From assembly GCA_963704725.1 (NCBI GenBank), contig OY969934.1, forward strand, positions 512,001 through 576,000: 64,000 bases of DNA. Direction: 5' to 3'. Position numbers and translations under genes: made by a program. Below the pieces are notes generated by a model. The model searched no databases. It was not told where the DNA came from and saw only the letters and a program-made list of their open reading frames with translations. The stretch is from an uncultured Actinomycetes bacterium (lineage in GTDB: Bacteria > Actinomycetota > UBA4738 > HRBIN12). Below are positions 47,923-58,223 of the stretch, in pieces (the stretch's first letter is position 1; each line of letters starts with the position of its first letter).

Positions 47923-49238
47923 CGGGCGGCTCCCGCCGGCGCGGACCACAGGCGCTCCTCGTCGAGGAACGCGCGGAAGCCGTCGGGGTCGTTCGCGGCC
48001 TTGGCGATCCGGCCCACGCCCTCGTGGAGCCGGTCGAGGCTCGCCGCGATCGAGAGCCGCAGGAAGTGCAGGCCCTCGGCCCCGACGGAGCCGAACGAGT
48101 TGCGGTCCATCGTCGCCACGCCGTACCGATACAGCAGGAACATCTGCAGCATCGCCGAGGGACAGGTCCGTCTGCGCTCCGCCTCCGGCAGCGCGTTCCA
48201 GGCCTCCACCACGCCGAGCCGTTCGCAGATCCCGCCGACGTTGGGGAAGACGTAGAACGCGCCCTTCGGCATCTGGCACGTCACGCCGTCGATCTCGTTG
48301 AGGGCCGGCACGACCCAGTCGCGGCGCTCCTCGAACGCCCGGACCATCTCGCCGGTGGTCACGGCGGTCTCGGGGCTCTCGTACGCGACGCGGCCGGCCT
48401 CCTGGATGAACGGGGGGACGCAGGACACGATGTTGATGTTGAGCTGCTTGAAGATCGCGGCCTCCTCCGGGGTGGGGAGCACGGCCCAGCCCAGGCGCCA
48501 CCCGGTCATGGCGAACCCCTTGGAGTGGCCGCTCACGAGCACGGTGCGCTCGGCCATCCCCTCCTGGCCGACGATCGAGTGGTGCCGCTCCCCGTCGAAC
48601 AGGATGTGCTCGTACACCTCGTCGCTGTAGACGCGGACGTCGGGTCCACAGCGTTCCCGGACGACCCGCGCGATGCCCTCGAGGTCGCTCCGGGACAGGA
48701 CCCCGCCCGTCGGGTTGGAGGGCGAGTTGAGGATGATGACCTTCGTGCGCTCCGTGATGAGCGCGGCCAGCTCGTCCGGCGTGAACGCGAACCCGCGGTC
48801 CTCGGACAGGTGCAGGGGGCGCGGCACGGCGCCGGCGTAGGTCACCCACGACTCGTAGATCGGGAACCCCGGGCTCGGGTAGATCACCTCGTCGCCGGGA
48901 TCGACGTACGTCTGCATCGTGTAGCCGATCGGCGGTTTGGCCCCCGGCGTCACGACGACGCGATCGGGGCCGACCTCGACGCCGCGGGTCTGGGTGACGT
49001 GGCGCGCTACCGCCTCCCGCAGCGCCGGGATGCCCTGTGGGTCGGTGTAGTGGGAGTTGCCCGCGCGGATCTGCGCGATGGCGGCCTCGTTGATGTGGGG
49101 TGCGGAGTTGAAGTCGGGCTCGCCGAGGTTCAGCTTGACGACGTCGACCCCTCGTTCGAGCACGCGCTGGATGTCGACGCCCAGCTTGAACGCGTTCTCG
49201 GTGCCGAGCGTCTCGATCCTCTTCGCCAGCAGCGACAT
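47919..49238 (-). CDS. Class I/II PLP aminotransferase (aspartate aminotransferase-like)
   Basis: GEPDF, NSPSNPTG, SDEVY, SKGFAMTGWRLG, GAFYVFP. Confidence 0.92.
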   Translation of the reverse strand: MSLLAKRIETLGTENAFKLGVDIQRVLERGVDVVKLNLGEPDFNSAPHINEAAIAQIRAGNSHYTDPQGIPALREAVARHVTQTRGVEVGPDRVVVTPGAKPPIGYTMQTYVDPGDEVIYPSPGFPIYESWVTYAGAVPRPLHLSEDRGFAFTPDELAALITERTKVIILNSPSNPTGGVLSRSDLEGIARVVRERCGPDVRVYSDEVYEHILFDGERHHSIVGQEGMAERTVLVSGHSKGFAMTGWRLGWAVLPTPEEAAIFKQLNINIVSCVPPFIQEAGRVAYESPETAVTTGEMVRAFEERRDWVVPALNEIDGVTCQMPKGAFYVFPNVGGICERLGVVEAWNALPEAERRRTCPSAMLQMFLLYRYGVATMDRNSFGSVGAEGLHFLRLSIAASLDRLHEGVGRIAKAANDPDGFRAFLDEERLWSAPAGAAR

Positions 49239-49315
49239 GGAGTCACCTCTCTCGACGTGGATGCGTCCAAGGGTAGTCCCGGCCGACGCCCGTCACCGAA
49301 GGACGTTCGGCCTGC

Positions 49316-50440
49316 TCACACGACCCCGTTCGGCCGTCCCCACTCGGCCGCGAGCATGCTCGCGAGCTCCTCGAGGCCCCGCCCGGCGTCCCCCATGGCG
49401 CGCCGCTCGCCGAACCGCTCGACGAGCGACTCGACCCGAACGCCGTCCGGCCGGACCTCGGCCCGGCCGCACAGGATGACCGCGGGCGTCCCGGCCGCCC
49501 GGGCCGCTCGCACGACACCGTCCGGGACCTTCCCGTGGAGCGACTGCTCGTCGAGCCGGCCCTCGCCCGTGACGACGAGGTCGGCGCGCGCGAGCCGGTC
49601 GGCGAACCCCACCGCCTCCATGACGACCTCGACCCCCGGCCGGAGCTCGGCGCCGAGGAACGCCACCAGGCCGGCGCCCAGCCCACCGGCGGCCCCGGCG
49701 CCGGGCATCTCGCGCACGTCGAGGCCGAGGTCGCTGCGGATCACGTCGGCCAGATGTCCCAGCGCCCGGTCGAGCATCGCCACGTCCTCGGGGGTCGCCC
49801 CCTTCTGCGGGCCGTAGACGGCGGAGGCCCCCTGCGGTCCGGTGAGGGGGTTGTCGACGTCGCACGCCACGAGGAACGTGGCTCGGCGCGCGTTCCCGTC
49901 GAGCGCCGACGCGTCGATCGCGGCCAGGCGGAGCAGGGCGGCCCCCCCGGGCTCGAGCTCGCGCCCGGAGCCGTCGAGGAGGCGGATCCCCAACGCCTGG
50001 GCCATCCCGGCGCCCCCGTCGTTCGTCGCGCTCCCGCCGATGCAGACCAGGACCTCGCCGGCCTCCCGGCACGCCACCCGGAGCAGCTCGCCGGTGCCGC
50101 GGGTCGTCGCGCGCGCGACGTCGCGGCGGTGACCCTGCAGGAGCCTGAGGCCGGAGGCGCGGCTCATCTCCACGACGGCGAGGGGCCCGCGAGCGCGCTC
50201 GATGAGCCCCCACTCGGCGTCCGCCGGGTCGCCGAGGGGGCCGGTGACGGGCACGGTCTTTCGCTCGCCGCCGTACGCGTCGACCAGGACGTCGAGGGTC
50301 CCCTCCCCGCCGTCGGCGAGCGGGACCTCCTCGATCTCGTCGCCCGGTCTCGCCCGCCGCCAGCCGCTCGCGACGGCGCTCGCCGCCTCCGCGGCGGTGA
50401 GGGTGCCCCGGAACTTGTCGGGCGCGACGAGGAGCCTCAT
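49316..50440 (-). CDS. Glycerate kinase (GlxK/GarK family)
   Basis: APDKFRGTL, ADGGEGT, GGSATNDGG, GPQKGA, GAAGGLG, TGEGRLD. Confidence 0.94.
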   Translation of the reverse strand: MRLLVAPDKFRGTLTAAEAASAVASGWRRARPGDEIEEVPLADGGEGTLDVLVDAYGGERKTVPVTGPLGDPADAEWGLIERARGPLAVVEMSRASGLRLLQGHRRDVARATTRGTGELLRVACREAGEVLVCIGGSATNDGGAGMAQALGIRLLDGSGRELEPGGAALLRLAAIDASALDGNARRATFLVACDVDNPLTGPQGASAVYGPQKGATPEDVAMLDRALGHLADVIRSDLGLDVREMPGAGAAGGLGAGLVAFLGAELRPGVEVVMEAVGFADRLARADLVVTGEGRLDEQSLHGKVPDGVVRAARAAGTPAVILCGRAEVRPDGVRVESLVERFGERRAMGDAGRGLEELASMLAAEWGRPNGVV

Positions 50441-50541
50441 GCCGACGCCACGGTACTCCGCGCCGGGAGGGTGCCTGCCCCCGGTGGGTCGGGATCCCGG
50501 CCGGGCCTTCACCGGGGTCGGTTCGTGCCGACGGTCCTTGC

Positions 50542-51750
50542 GTGGAAGCACGCGTGATCCGGGGTCCCGAACGTCCTGCCGTGCCCCCCCTGAGGGCCGT
50601 CCGGGAGGGCGAGCGCGCACCCGCCCGCCCGTGCGCCGACCGCCCGGAGCTGCCCGACACCGAGGAGCAGTTCCGACAGCTGTTCGCCGCCTCGCCCGAC
50701 GCCATCGTGCTCATCGACCCGTCCGACCCCGACGTCTCGTGGCCGATCGTGGACTGCAACGAGGCGGCGTGCCGGATGAACGGGTACGCCCGCGAGGAGC
50801 TGATCGGCCGGTCCATCGACGTCCTCAACCTGACGGAGGGGACGCCGCAGGAGCGGGCGACCTATCTGGCGCGTCTGCAGCGCAAGGGAGTGATCAAGCT
50901 CGAGACGAACCACCGCCATCGCGACGGGCACGTGATCCCGGTCGAGGTCTCAACCTCCCTCGTGGTCATCGGAGGGCGCGAGCTCGTCCTGGGCGTCGAC
51001 CGGGACATCTCCCTGCGCAAGCAGAACCAGGAGAAGCTGCGCGCGAGCTACGAGGCCCTTCGAAGGGCCGACGAGGAGCGCGGCCGGCTGCTGGCGCGTC
51101 TGGTCGCGGGGCACGAGGAAGAGCGCATGCGCGTGGCCGACGACATCCACGACGACTCGGTCCAGGTCCTGACGGCCGTGTCGTTCCGCCTCGCCGCGCT
51201 CCGCTCCCACCTTCCCCAGGACCTGGAGTCGAAGGTGCTGCAGCTCGAGGAGACCGTCGAGCAGGCGATCGCGCGGATGCGGCACCTCATGTTCGAGCTG
51301 CGACCGGCCTCGCTCGACCGCGTGGGGCTCGCCGCCGCGTTGCGCGAGTACGTGGAGCGGATGAGCGGGGACGGCCAGCCGCTCGTCGCCTTCGTCGATC
51401 ACCTGGAGCGCGAGCCGTCACCCGACATGCGCATCCTCCTGTACCGGCTGGTCCAGGAGGCCCTCACCAACGTCCGCAAGCACGCCGGCGCCTGGCACGT
51501 CGAGGTCTCGACCCGTCGCGAGGGCGAAGGGGTGCTCGTCCGCGTGGTCGACGACGGCGTCGGTTTCGACGTCCAGCTGAGACAGACGCCGGGACATCTC
51601 GGCCTCATCTCGATGCGCGAGCGCGCCGAGCTGGTCGGTGGATGGTTCGCGGTGGAGAGCGCTCCCGGGCGGGGCACCACCGTCGCGTTCTGGATCCCGG
51701 ACGCGGCGACCGGACGCCTGGCGCCCCCGAACGGCCGAACGCCCGCCTGA
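50542..51750 (+). CDS. PAS-domain sensor histidine kinase (HisKA_3), soluble
   Basis: PAS (SPDAI..NEAAC..GYAREELIG), DIHDDSVQ, QEALTNVRKHA, DDGVGF; start uncertain. Confidence 0.9.
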   Translation: MEARVIRGPERPAVPPLRAVREGERAPARPCADRPELPDTEEQFRQLFAASPDAIVLIDPSDPDVSWPIVDCNEAACRMNGYAREELIGRSIDVLNLTEGTPQERATYLARLQRKGVIKLETNHRHRDGHVIPVEVSTSLVVIGGRELVLGVDRDISLRKQNQEKLRASYEALRRADEERGRLLARLVAGHEEERMRVADDIHDDSVQVLTAVSFRLAALRSHLPQDLESKVLQLEETVEQAIARMRHLMFELRPASLDRVGLAAALREYVERMSGDGQPLVAFVDHLEREPSPDMRILLYRLVQEALTNVRKHAGAWHVEVSTRREGEGVLVRVVDDGVGFDVQLRQTPGHLGLISMRERAELVGGWFAVESAPGRGTTVAFWIPDAATGRLAPPNGRTPA

Positions 51751-51798
51751 ACTTCCCGGCGGGGACCTGGGCGGCCGTCCCGACATACTGGTCGGGCC

Positions 51799-53152
51799 AT
51801 GGACCGAGACGCCTCGCGGCGCACCCTGCTCGTCGTCCCGCTCGCGATCGCCGTGGCCGTGGCGTTCGCCGACTCCTCGATCGTCGTGCTGGCGCTGCCC
51901 GAGCTCTACGCGCGGTTCGACACCACGATCGCCGGCGTGGCGTGGGTGGTCACCGCGTTCAACGTCGTGGTCGCGATCGGCGCGCTCGCGATCGCCCTCG
52001 TGCCCCGCACCCGCCCGAGGGTGCTGCTCGCCGCGGGATCGCTCCTGTTCCTCGGGGCATCGGTGGCGTGCGCGCTCGCCGGGTCGCTCGGGTCGCTCGT
52101 CGCGGCGCGCTCCGTGCAGGGTGCCGGCGCGGCGCTCCTGTTGGCCGGCGCGCTGCCGGTCCTGCGCGACCTGGCGGGATCTGCCGGGCGCGGAGCCGCG
52201 ATCTGGACGATGGCCGGGAACGTTCGGCGCGGCGCTCGGCCCGGCCCTCGGCGGCGCTCTGACGCAGGCGTTCGACTGGCGGGCGATCTTCGTGGCCCAG
52301 GCCCCGGTCGCCGGTGCCGCGTTGCTCGCCGCGGCGGGCTCGCGCCGCGGGCCCGTCGAGCCCGAGCCCGCGGAGACGCCGCTCGTCAGGACGGTGCGGC
52401 CCAACGTCACGCTCGGCCTCGTCTTCGGAGCGCTGGTCGGTTCGCTCTTCCTCGGCGTGCTGCTGGTCGTCGACGTGTTCGGCTACGCGCCGCTGCGCGG
52501 GGCGGCCGTCGTCTCGGTCATCCCGGCGGCGGCGCTCGCCGTTCGACCGGTCGCGACGCGACTGCCGGACGGGCTCGCGACGCGAGCCGGGGCGGGTCTG
52601 CTCGCGGCGGGCCTGGTGGGCCTGGGGCTCCTGCCTTCGAGCGACGTGGGGTACGCGATCGCGTCGTTCGCGCTGTGCGGCGCCGGGCTGGGTCTGTGCG
52701 TCCCCGGCCTCACCGGGCGGGCGCTCGGCGGGGGCGGGGAGCGAGCCGGCGCCTTCACCGTCGGCCTGCGCCACCTGGGCCTCGTCCTGTCGCTGGCGAT
52801 CGTGGCGCCGGTCCTGGCCGGCGACCTGGTGGCCTCCGCCCACGTCGCGGAGCTCAACGCCACCGCCGCCATCGTCGACGGGCAGATCCCGGCGACGACG
52901 AAGATCCCGCTCGCGCTCGACATCCGCGACGTCCTCGATCGGTCACCGCGAGGCGCGATCCCCGACCTCGCGCCGCCGTTCGAGGCGCACGGGTCGAGCA
53001 CCGACGCGCGGGTCCGGGACCTCCAGGACGACGTCGGAGACACGATCGCGATCGCGATCACCCGGGGATTCCGACCGTCGTTCCTGTTCTGCGCGCTCCT
53101 CGCGGCGCTCGCGATCGTCGTCGCGCCTCAGCGCCGGAAGGACGAGCCGTGA
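51799..53152 (+). CDS. MFS transporter with +1 frameshift near 52219
   Basis: FADSSIVVLALP, ARSVQGAG in one frame; FGAALGPALGG, DWRAIF in the next; extra A in GGGAACG. Confidence 0.8.
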
Positions 53153-53592
53153 AGGGCCGGCCGCTGGCCGTGGTGGCGATGCTCCTCGTGGGTGCGGGGG
53201 CGCTGCTGGTCGTCGAGCTCGCGAACGGTGCGCTCGGCGCCGGCGAGCTCGCCGTGCGCGACCCGTGCGAGGCCCGGCCGTCGTTCCCGGGCTCGGGCCT
53301 GGACGCGACGATCCAGCGCGTCGTGCTCGACGGGATCGACGGCGCCGCGTGCGAGCTTCGGACCTCGCGCGAGGAGCTGCTGCTCTCGCTCGCGACCGAC
53401 GGGCCGATCCGCTGGGACGACGCGACGATCGAGCGGGCGCTCCGAACCGGCCTCCTCGGCGCGATCGACGACGCCGAGAGCCGCGGAACGCTGAACGGGT
53501 TCGTCGCCGCGCTGCTCCGGCAGGTCGCCGAGCGGGCCCCGGTCCAGTGGCTGATCGACGGCGGCCAGGGGATCGCCGGGCTGCTGGGCTGA
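53149..53592 (+). CDS. Hypothetical membrane-anchored protein coupled to the MFS gene
   Basis: GTGA overlap; N-terminal hydrophobic helix; DPC..DGAACEL..SREELLL. Confidence 0.7.
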   Translation: MKGRPLAVVAMLLVGAGALLVVELANGALGAGELAVRDPCEARPSFPGSGLDATIQRVVLDGIDGAACELRTSREELLLSLATDGPIRWDDATIERALRTGLLGAIDDAESRGTLNGFVAALLRQVAERAPVQWLIDGGQGIAGLLG

Positions 53593-53599
53593 GGAAACC

Positions 53600-53993
53600 C
53601 GGGGCCCTGACGATCCGGAGCCGACCGCCGGGCGGAGCCTCGGCCCGCCGGCCGTGGCGTGATGCGCCGTGGCGACGACCCGACATCGTCTCGAGCGAGA
53701 TCGCGAGCGCCACGACGAGCGTCTGGCGTGCCGACGATCAACCCGGCCACGATCAGGCCGAGCGTGAACCACCCCGAGCCCCGAGGCGATCAGGATGAAG
53801 GCGGTCGCTCCGCCGGGCCCGCGACCACCCCGCCGACACGCACATGACCTGACCCGCCACGGCCAGCACGACGATCGCGGATCGCGGGCTCCCGAGCATC
53901 GGCCATCCCCAATCCCGCGACACCGCGAGCGCGATCGCGGCGACCGCCGCCGCCAGGAGCGTCTCGAACCCCGTCCCTCCAGGTGAGCTTCAT
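53600..53993 (-). pseudogene. Small multi-pass membrane protein broken by several frameshifts (3' end approximate)
   Basis: MKLTWRDG / FETLLAAAVAAIALAV..GWPMLGSPR / AFILIASGLG / LGLIVAGLIVG segments lie in different frames. Confidence 0.55.
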
Positions 53994-54295
53994 CGCGTCC
54001 CCCCCGTCTCGGACCCTCGACCCCATGGTCCGGACGCGGCGGGGTCTGCGGCAGGTCCCGTTCGCCCTCGTCCCGGTCGTGACCAACGGGAGAACGACTC
54101 GGGGGCGGGGCGGGTGAACCTGCGGCGTGCGATGGTCAATACGTGCCACAGCGGGCCCGCGCACGTCGATCGTCACAGGAACCTGCCGGCGTGCGCTTCC
54201 CATGACGGCGACCGCTCGCTCTCCTATCTTGAAGGGGACGAACCGCCGCCCGCCGGCCGAGGACTCGGCCCGATCGCGAAAGACGAGGACCGCTG

Positions 54296-56484
54296 ATGAC
54301 CTCCTTCCTCTACCGGCTCGGCCGCGGGGCGGCCCGGCGCCGCTGGCTCACCATCGGGATCTGGGTGGCCGTGGTCGTCGCCATCTTCGGCGCCGGCTCG
54401 GCGCTCGGCGGCAAGCTCACCGACGACTTCAACATCCCCGACGCCGAGTCGCAGCGCGCGTACGACGTGCTCGCCGACCGCTTCCCCTCCGCCTCCGGCA
54501 CGTCGGCGGACATCGTGTTCCACGCCCGGGGCCGGGGGGTCCTGACCGACGACGCGAACGCGGCCGTCGTCGCCGATACCGTCGCCGCGCTCGCCGACCT
54601 CCCGCACGTGCTCCAGGTCACGAACCCGCTCGAGACGCCGGGGACGCTGTCCCAGAGCGAGGAGATCGGGTTCGCACAGGTCGCGTACGACCTGCCCGCC
54701 GATCAGCTCGGCACCGAGGCGTTCACACAGCTCGAGGACGCCGTCGAGGAGGTTCGGACCCCGCAGGTCCAGATCGAGATCGGGGGCGAGTTCGCCTCGT
54801 TCGGCGATCAGCCGGACACCGGGAGCTCCGAGGCGGTCGGCCTGCTCGCCGCGATGGTGATCCTGCTCGTCGCGTTCGGCTCGCTGGTGGCGATGGCCCT
54901 GCCCGTCGGGACGGCGGTGATCGGCCTGGCCACCGGCCTGGGACTCACGATCGTGGTGGCCTCGTTCGTGAACGTGCCCGTGTTCTCCACGACGCTCTCG
55001 ACGATGATCGGGCTCGGCGTGGGGATCGACTACGCCCTGTTCCTGGTCACGCGGTACCGGCAGAACCTGCAGGCCGGGATGGAGCCGCTGCACGCGATCG
55101 GCGTCGCGAACGCCACCTCCGGCCAGGCGGTCCTGTTCGCCGGCGCCACGGTGGTCCTGGCCATCCTCGGCCTGTGGATCTCGGGCATCGCGTTCGTGGG
55201 GATGATGGCCACGGCGACGGCGATCGTGGTGGCGGTGGCGGTGGCCGCGGCGATCACGCTCCTGCCGGCGCTGCTGGGGTTCGCGGGTCGGGCCATCGAC
55301 AAGCTGAGCGTGCACCGGATCCTCCGGCGGGCGGACGCCTCGTCCGAGCGCGAGAACATCTGGGCCCGGTGGGGGCGCCAGGTCGAGCGCCGTCCGTGGC
55401 GGTACTTCACCGCGGCCCTGCTCGTGCTCCTCGATCCTCGCGATCCCGTTCTTCTCGATGAAGCTGGGGATGCCCGACGACGGGACGGCGCCGACGTCGG
55501 AGTCGCGACGCCGCGCCTACGACCTGCTGGCCGAGGGGTTCGGCCCCGGGTTCAACGGGCCGCTGCTGCTCTCGGTGGAGATCCAGGACCCGGCCGCGCT
55601 CGGGCAGGCTCGACGGCCTCGTCGCGGCGCTCGGCGAGGCCGACGGCATCGCGGCGGTCTCGCCCGCGCAGCCCAACCAGCGCGGCGACGCCGCGGTCAT
55701 CCAGGTGATCCCGGCGACGTCGCCGCAGAACGACGCGACGACCACGCTCGTCCACCGGCTGCGCGACGAGGTCATCCCGCAGGCCACGCCGGACGGCGCG
55801 ATCGTGTACGTCGGCGGGCTCACCGCGACGTTCATCGACCTCTCCGAGCGCGTGACGAACGCCCTGCCCTGGTTCATCGGCGCCGTCGTCCTCCTGTCGT
55901 TCCTGCTCCTCATGGTCGTGTTCCGTTCGGTCCTGGTGCCGCTGAAGGCCGCGGTGATGAACCTGCTCTCGATCGGGGCCTCGTACGGCGTGATCGTGGC
56001 GATCTTCCAGTGGGGGTGGGGGCGGAGCCTGCTCGGCATCGAGAACCCGGTCCCCATCGTGAGCTTCGTCCCGATGATGATGTTCGCGGTGCTGTTCGGC
56101 CTGTCGATGGACTACGAGGTCTTCCTGCTCTCGCGGATCCGGGAGGAGTACCTGAAGACCCGGAACAACGTCGAGAGCGTGGTCACCGGTATCTCGACGA
56201 CGGCCCGAGTCATCACGAGCGCCGCGGTCATCATGATCGCGGTGTTCCTGAGCTTCGTGGCGCTGCCCGATCCCATCGCCAAGATGTTCGGTATCGGGCT
56301 GGCCACCGCCGTGCTCATCGACGCCACGGTCGTCCGGGTCGTCCTGGTCCCGGCGACGATGGTGCTGATCGGCGACGCCAACTGGTGGCTGCCCCGCTGG
56401 CTCGACCGCATCCTGCCGAAGATGCACCTCGAGGTGGACGTGGAGGAGCCCGAGGCCGCCCTCGAGCCCGTCTCCGTGCCGTAG
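54296..56484 (+). CDS. MMPL family transporter with two +1 frameshifts (~55432, ~55603)
   Basis: GLGVGIDYALF, SGQAVLFAG, GFGPGFNGPL, FGLSMDYEVFLLSR, DATVVR, NWWLPRWL. Confidence 0.9.
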
Positions 56485-56707
56485 GAGCCCGGGCCGCGAT
56501 CCGAAGACACCCGGAATGGGGTAGATAGCCGGCGCCCGCCGCAAGCCGATGCTCTTGGTAGGCCGGTCGTTCGACCAGGGCCGACCTCCAGCGTCAGGCT
56601 CGGTCCATCCTCGTGATGGCTCGGGTCCTAGGCTTCCCGGGTGCTCGAGCCTGGCGCCGGGGGCCGGCGTAACCGCGCCGGAGCCCTCTGCTAGAGTCCC
56701 GCCCCTC

Positions 56708-57086
56708 GTGGACTGGCGGCTCGAGCTCGTGCAGGTCCCCGTGTCGGACGTCGACCGGGCCAAGGCGTTCTACGTCGACCAGGTCGGCTTCCACGCGGAC
56801 CACGACCACCGAGTGAGACGACGAGATCCGCTTCGTCCAGCTCACGCCGCCCGGATCGGCGTGCTCGATCTCCCTGGCCAGCGGACCGCTCACCGCCGGG
56901 ATGGCTCCGGGCTCGGTGCAGGGGCTACAGGTCGTGGTGGCGGACATCGAGGCCGCCCGCGCCAAGCTCGTCGAGCGCGGCGTCGAGGTCAGCGAGGTCC
57001 AGCACTTCGACTGGGGCTCGTTCGTGTTCTTCAGCGACCCCGACGGCAACGGCTGGGCCGTGCAGGCCATCCCCGGCCGCAGCTAG
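56708..57086 (+). CDS. VOC/glyoxalase family protein with +1 frameshift near 56817
   Basis: VPVSDVDRAKAFY then IRFVQLTPPGS..FFSDPDGNGWAVQ in a shifted frame. Confidence 0.85.
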
Positions 57087-57127
57087 TCTGCGCCAGCCCC
57101 TGCCGCGCTCCCCGCGCCGACGCGACC

Positions 57128-57580
57128 CTAAGGCCCGCCTGCCGACAGCGCCTCCAGGATGCGAGCTCCATTCGCTTGAAGCGACGCAAGTGACTTCTCG
57201 ACGTAGCTGAAGACCGCTCCTTCGTACTCAGACGTTGCCTCGTCTCGCGGCAGGAGGATTGGGTCAAGAGCAGCCACCTCCTCCCCGGTTCCCGTTTCAA
57301 TCGTGAACCGCATGATGTCCCGATCGGTTGCATCAGCGAAGAACGGCCTGCCCCCTGCTGCCAATCGAACGGCATCGTTGGGTGCAACCACGAGAAGGAC
57401 AATGACATCCTCGAACTCCTGCGACTCACTTCGAGTGAACGTAGCGATCATTCGATATGTCTCGTTGCCTGGTGCGTCAGCACCAGCCCCACCAAGGATG
57501 TGAGGATCTTGCGCCCGAACTGTCGCCACTAGCTCGTCAAATGCTGGCTTCAGTCGATCAGTAACCTCCTGCCAATGCAC
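57128..57580 (-). CDS. Hypothetical protein of atypical (lower GC) composition
   Basis: SD GGAGGAGGA before GTG 57580; 150-aa ORF with many A/T-ending codons. Confidence 0.6.
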   Translation of the reverse strand: MHWQEVTDRLKPAFDELVATVRAQDPHILGGAGADAPGNETYRMIATFTRSESQEFEDVIVLLVVAPNDAVRLAAGGRPFFADATDRDIMRFTIETGTGEEVAALDPILLPRDEATSEYEGAVFSYVEKSLASLQANGARILEALSAGGP

Positions 57581-57836
57581 GGGTCCTCCTCCTCCGACGT
57601 GCACTGCTCCTCCGCCACCCGGGCATACATGACTCTGACTGGCTCCCTGGTTAGCAGGTTGGGGCTCGCCAAGGTGGGTCAGTCCCCGGGCGGCAGATCC
57701 TAGGGGATTGTCCTCATGCCGAGCAGCACCGACCGCGTCCACCGGGGTTTCTCGCTGAGGTCGTGCGCCAGCGAGGGAGTCCGGCAGGAGGCCCCCGGCA
57801 CTGTCCAGGGAGCTTGGGGCGTCTCGCCCGGCGTCG

Positions 57837-57865
57837 TTGCCATACCGCGGGACTTGCCGCACCAT
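57837..57865 (+). promoter_or_regulatory. Sigma-70-type promoter for candidate structured RNA
   Basis: TTGCCA-N17-CACCAT. Confidence 0.5.
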
Positions 57866-57871
57866 GGACGG

Positions 57872-58125
57872 CACGAGAGGAAGGAGGTGGTCCAACTGCA
57901 TAGACAGATGGAGACCCTCGAGGTGACTGGCTGCTGAGCCATCCCTCGCGGGCCGGGGCCACCGCCCCGCCCGTTTGCCGGGAGACCGGCAGAATCCAAC
58001 CAGCTCACCGACCTCACGCGCTCCGGTTGGTCTACCGGACGAAGCCTCGACGCAGGCCGAAGCGCACGTGAGGACCGAGTCACCGAACCGGGCCGGGCCC
58101 CGCGCGGGTCCGGCCCGTTCGCGTT
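57872..58125 (+). ncRNA. Candidate structured RNA with embedded small ORF and extended anti-16S complementarity
   Basis: Promoter, AAGGAGGTGGTCCAACTGCA, sORF 57896-57937, several hairpins including a GAGA tetraloop, terminal hairpin 58089-58117. Confidence 0.5.
58089..58120 (+). terminator. Terminator-like hairpin closing the candidate RNA
   Basis: CGGGCCGGGCCC / GGGTCCGGCCCG stem (one G-U pair) followed by TTC. Confidence 0.5.
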
Positions 58126-58223
58126 CGCCGACCGAGGCGCCCGGCCGCCGCCGAACGGTCCGATTGGTCTCCCGATCCTGCCCGACCGGCTCGTAGGCTC
58201 GGGGCGGGGGCCGACCAGGGAGG

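Noticed and set aside
54171-54197. CGTCACA-N16-CGCT upstream of MMPL as a second ECF41 promoter
   Set aside because: Both elements deviate from consensus; too weak
56485-56700. Intergenic stretch of slightly atypical composition, possible IS remnant or RNA
   Set aside because: No terminal repeats, transposase motif or convincing structure seen
57881-57900. 16S rRNA gene fragment on the minus strand
   Set aside because: Similarity stops after 20 nt and the flanks do not continue as 16S sequence, so it is treated as a complementarity element, not an rRNA gene
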